Both the position numbers and the translations under genes were made by a program. A stretch of 64,000 nucleotides of DNA from Cyanophora paradoxa CCMP329. Lineage: Eukaryota; Plantae; Glaucophyta. Shown piece after piece: positions 60,004 to 64,000 of the stretch. Positions within the stretch are counted from its first letter, which is position 1. Each line of letters begins with the position of its first letter. The DNA is taken from NCBI GenBank assembly GCA_004431415.1, contig QPMI01000496.1:496001-560000 (forward strand), written 5' to 3'. The notes under the pieces are model-generated. The model saw nothing but the letters and a program-made list of their open reading frames with translations, had not been told where the DNA came from and did no database searches.

Positions 60004-63000
60004 ATGGCGGACGACTCGTGCTGCAATTCCTGCTGTTGCTGTTGTTCCGATGAGGAGCCTCCCGTGAGGAAGCAAGCGTATCAGGCGCCGGCGGCGGCCT
60101 CAATACATGCTTCTCCTGCGTATACACCTGCACCGGCACCCGCCGCTCGCGCTGCACCGGCACCTGGAGTAAGTTATATATATACATATACTCCCAGCGT
60201 TGTCCGACGGTCTGCAGCTGATCATGACATGTGCATGTTGCACCAGATTGCGCCGGCGCCGTTGCAGATGGTTGCCCCCCGGGCGACTGCAGTCGTGAAG
60301 CCTTCGGATGTGCAGGTCCAGCTTCCGGATCCGGGGATGGTGCCAACCAGCGTCGCAATCCCAGCGGCATTCTCTAAGCGCCGGGCATTCATCCGGAACG
60401 TCGCTGCCATCGAGCGCTACCTCAAGGAAACTGAGGCGCGCTTGCAATCGCGCATTACGGCACTGTAGCACATGTACACGTCCTTCCAGATTTTGCTCTG
60501 ACACTGCCGCGGGATGGATGCGACAGGTGAAGTATGACTCGGCCGAAGTCGACGCCAAAAAGTACTACGGGCCTGGAATACGCTTCTCGGCTAGCTTCTC
60601 CGCAGAGGCGGGGCGTTTTCGAGCTGACTATTACTGCCGTGCCAGAAGCGCGAGTGAGGTGCGCGTATTCCTTCATAATCATATAATGCCGATGTTGGCT
60701 ACACGCGCTTATTTGTCACTCCGCAGGAAGATATTGGTGTAGTCATTCACTTTCTTAATAGCGATGGGAGCTCCGTCAGTGCCAGGAGCGATGATGACAA
60801 AGCCAAGACAGCTGTTGCGTGTGCTCTGGCCAATTTCGGGCTTCTTTACGGAGCATTTCACAGTGATCTGCGGGACGGTGCGCAAAATTCATGATCAATG
60901 CATTTGCCATCTTCAGGTACAAAGTGTTTTAAATTCTGAGTCCGCGGGCCTGCAGGTGAAACGAGCTTCTCATACTGGGTGCCCATGACGGGCGTCGATG
61001 ACGATCGCGATGCGATGGAGATTGTCGGTCGAGCTTTTGAGAGATCGATTCGGATTTTCCAGGAATATCACGAGGTTTGGGTTTTTATCAATAGAATTGT
61101 GTCAATGCGCCAGCGCTCACATATACATGCACATATCCGCATTCGTAGACATTCCGCAAACTCCTATTATCGAGCTCTGCGAGGTGAATACTCTCGAATT
61201 GCGCTACGAGGCCGCGTGACCGAAACTGATCTCCGGATCCTACCGTGGCTTCTTAGCGGGAGAGGAAAGACTGTTTTTGAGATTGTGAAAGGATTTGCTG
61301 CGAAGTTCGCGCGATCCGACATTGAACAGAAGTTCGATGTCGACGAGCACCTGGCTATCGCCTTCGTCATCCGAGGAGATGGATATGCGTTCAAATCCTG
61401 TGCGTTCTCCATTTATTCATACAACTATGTGCATTCGCCATTTTCGTTTTCGATCATCTTATTTTCAGCACAGTTGTGCGTGTTGAAGAACGCCAGACGC
61501 ATCTCTTTATCCAATTCGCAGCTGTCGCGCAAGAGACGGTGCAAGCATTTTTATGCAGTCTCACGACACCGACTTTCGTTCAATTGCAAGTTGATTACAT
61601 GTCGAACAGGTCGAAGATCCGCGATGGAGGATGACCATCGCTCGCTTCTGTTGCCTCGCGAATCACAATCTCCACCGCGGAGCTGTTAAATTCGATATGC
61701 GTGATGGCGAGGTATGTTCAGCTCGGATCTAATCTATTCTCGAAACTTACGTGCAAGCGTCCTCACAGATGGCGTTCACGAACACGGTAGCGCTAGGAGG
61801 CGTGCCGGACGAGGATATAATTCATTACCTGCAGCCGCTTCTGGCCACCGGAATAAGTGCGTGCAGTTGAGATATATCTTAATGAAGATGGCATTGTAAA
61901 AAGCTCGCAGCAACCGCGGCCCGGTACTTCCGGGGGTTGCGGATGATTTTGCACGAGGGCAAATCGCCAGACGACGCTTGCGAGATCTGCGATCGCTGGA
62001 GCCCGGAGAGCTCGAGCTCTGCGGAGAGCATACTCGCGAAGGCCTTGATGCTCGGCTTTCTGCAGCAACTCCTGGAGCAAGGCGGCGGCCTGCGCGACCA
62101 CCTGCCCCATCAACCGGCGGCGGCAGCCGCGCCGCAACGAGCTCCCAAGGACGTCGCCAAAGCCGCACAGCTCCGGCGCACCCAGTCGAGGGCGCACGAG
62201 TTCAACGAGCACCTCCGGCACACAGATATCTTCAAGAAGATTGAGGGTATAGATCACCCAGGTCTTATTCCCGTATCGCACCTTGAAGTTGATTTCAACA
62301 ATGAGAGGTACAGGAGCGCTTATATAATTAATATTATTATCATTGAGCGATGCGATACACTCGTGCATACAAATTCGGCAGGAATCGTCTTGGTAAAGGA
62401 GGTATGGGAGAAGTCTTCAGAGGGTTTTACAAACGATCGCCGGTTGCTGTCAAGCGGGTCCGTTCGATGACAGCGCCGCAACTGGTTGTTTCCTACGGAT
62501 TCTTACATTTTCGCCGTCTGCAATATATAGATTACTGGGGGCGAAGTTGACACTTTCAAAAAAGAATTGAATCTGATGAGGTGCCATATCGATCATGACA
62601 TAAATATGAATACCCTCGTTCACGTGCACGAGCACTTGATTGATTATCAGTTGCACAACGCAGCAAAATTTCCTTCCCTCACATCGTTCAGGTTTGGATT
62701 TCGGACCAGTTTCTTCTGCATATGCGTATTAAAAATGATAATTCGTTATTCGTATATATGGCGAGCCGTTAGACTCGTATTCAATCGTAATGCCGACCAT
62801 CGTCGCAGTTCTACGGAATTGCAATCAGTGGCCGAGATGTTCTTCTCGTTTGCGAACTCTGCGAAGGTCAGATTTATTTGGAGTTGTCCGTTGCAATTAG
62901 CGTATTCACATTGATATCTGACGTTGGGGGCAGGAGGGAGCATTGATGCATTTTTGGACGGGGCCAACTCTGCGAACAAAGATTTCGACTTACGCAGGCG

Positions 63001-63895
63001 CATCGCAAAGCAATCAGCCCAAGGCATGGCTTACCTTCACAGCCTCAACATTGTCCACTTTGATCTGAAAGCAGCAAATATTCTGGTGTTCAGATCTCAT
63101 TACCGATCTAGATGTTTCTGCTAATTTAACATTCTTGCAGCTCACGCGGGACTACTCGGCAAAAATCGCTGATTTGTGCGCCCCTTATTGCAGCACATGC
63201 CACCTTATCGATATCGGCTTGTCCTAGAAGCTAACTCATGACGCACGCGAAAAGTGGTTTGAGCAAGGTCGTCAACAACACGGGGGTGACCGAAGTCCTC
63301 GGCGGGACGATCACGCACTTGCCGCCTGAGGTGATGAGGGGTGAAATGGCCGGCCCCCCAGCGGATGTCTACTCCTGGGCTCTTGTCTTCTGGCAGGTCT
63401 GCCCAGTCTGTGAGCTCCGACGCGGGCCCCGTTCGGCTCTGACGCGGACCCGTTCGGTATTCTCCCTGCTGCGTCTGCCATTGACTGCGGACCGGATGTA
63501 GCTCTTGACAGGTGAGCGGGATCTGTGGAGGGAAGAGTTGGCGCGATTCCTGGCGGAGCATGGCGAGCACGCACATCCTCTCCTTTTCCGTGAGTTTGCT
63601 CTCCCTGTGTGCGTATCTTGGCTCGAGGCGTGTGTCACTATTGTGCGCAGATCGGTATTTCCAAGAGAAGGTCATGCTTCAGCAGCGGCGGCCTCCGATC
63701 CCGAAGAACTCGTCTGTTCCCCTCGAATACTTCCGATTCCTTGAGGTTACTGTTATTCAAGCGTAGCACCTTCTCTTACTCTAACTCTGGCAATCATCGC
63801 AGGATTGCTGGCAGGACAATCCCAGCCGACGTCCCACATTCGATCAAATCGTGGACAAGCTCGAAGCTCTCGAGGAAAAATATCCCACCCGTTAA
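60004..63895 (+). CDS. Poly-Cys N-terminus + two YbjN-like domains + tyrosine-kinase-like (TKL) protein kinase, about 20 exons
   Basis: MADDSCCNSCCCCC; domain 1 ALANFGLLYGAFHSDLRDGETSF; domain 2 RMTIARFCCLANHNLHRGAVKFDMRDGEMAF...RYFRGLRMILHEGKSPDDA; kinase LGKGGMGEV, VAVK, FPHIVQFYG, GMAYLH, HFDLKAANIL, KIADFGLSK, GTITHLPPE, DVYSW, CWQDNPSRRPTF; stop TAA 63893-63895. Confidence 0.82.
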
Positions 63896-64000
63896 GCAGG
63901 TTCCGTAGCTTCAGCAGTGATTTCCGGATTCGAGATGCTTTCCGTCTTTGAAAACTATTTTCTCCTTGCCATGCCATTGTGTCCTCTAATATCATGATCA

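Noticed and set aside
61185-61187. TGA that would end the 60004 gene after one YbjN-like domain
   Set aside because: It lies within a GAG|GTGAAT donor; splicing to ...CTTAG|CGGG continues in frame into the second domain. A short isoform cannot be excluded.
56679-61990. Bacterial contamination as the source of the YbjN-like sequences
   Set aside because: Each domain is interrupted by several spliceosomal introns of the local style, and two are in frame with a eukaryotic TKL kinase.

Overview
Eukaryotic nuclear DNA, gene-dense and intron-rich, with many short (about 50-130 nt) introns. Donors typically read GTGCG or GCGCG and acceptors CGCAG. The style fits a GC-rich alga or protist (a glaucophyte such as Cyanophora is my unverified guess). 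Nearly all long ORFs in the supplied track are GC-rich shadows, so genes were spliced by eye and exon boundaries are approximate. Left part (1-27 kb, very GC-rich): coiled-coil protein, ARPC4, mid-SUN (SLP1/SUCO-like) protein, atypical mitochondrial 2Fe-2S ferredoxin, two F-box-like proteins, PIG-B, a 3xCBM20 + dual-specificity glucan phosphatase, and two identical tRNA-Gly(GCC) genes inside an inverted duplication bracketing about 8.7 kb. Right part (27-64 kb, lower GC): two giant paralogous receptor-like multi-pass membrane genes head-to-head, an organelle-type tRNA-Pro fragment, and a second head-to-head pair. That pair, a spliced stand-alone YbjN-like gene facing a poly-Cys + 2xYbjN-like + TKL-kinase gene, is the best candidate for an undescribed system. 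Both divergent spacers consist of micro-palindromic 'stuttered' DNA, each carrying a TA-flanked MITE.
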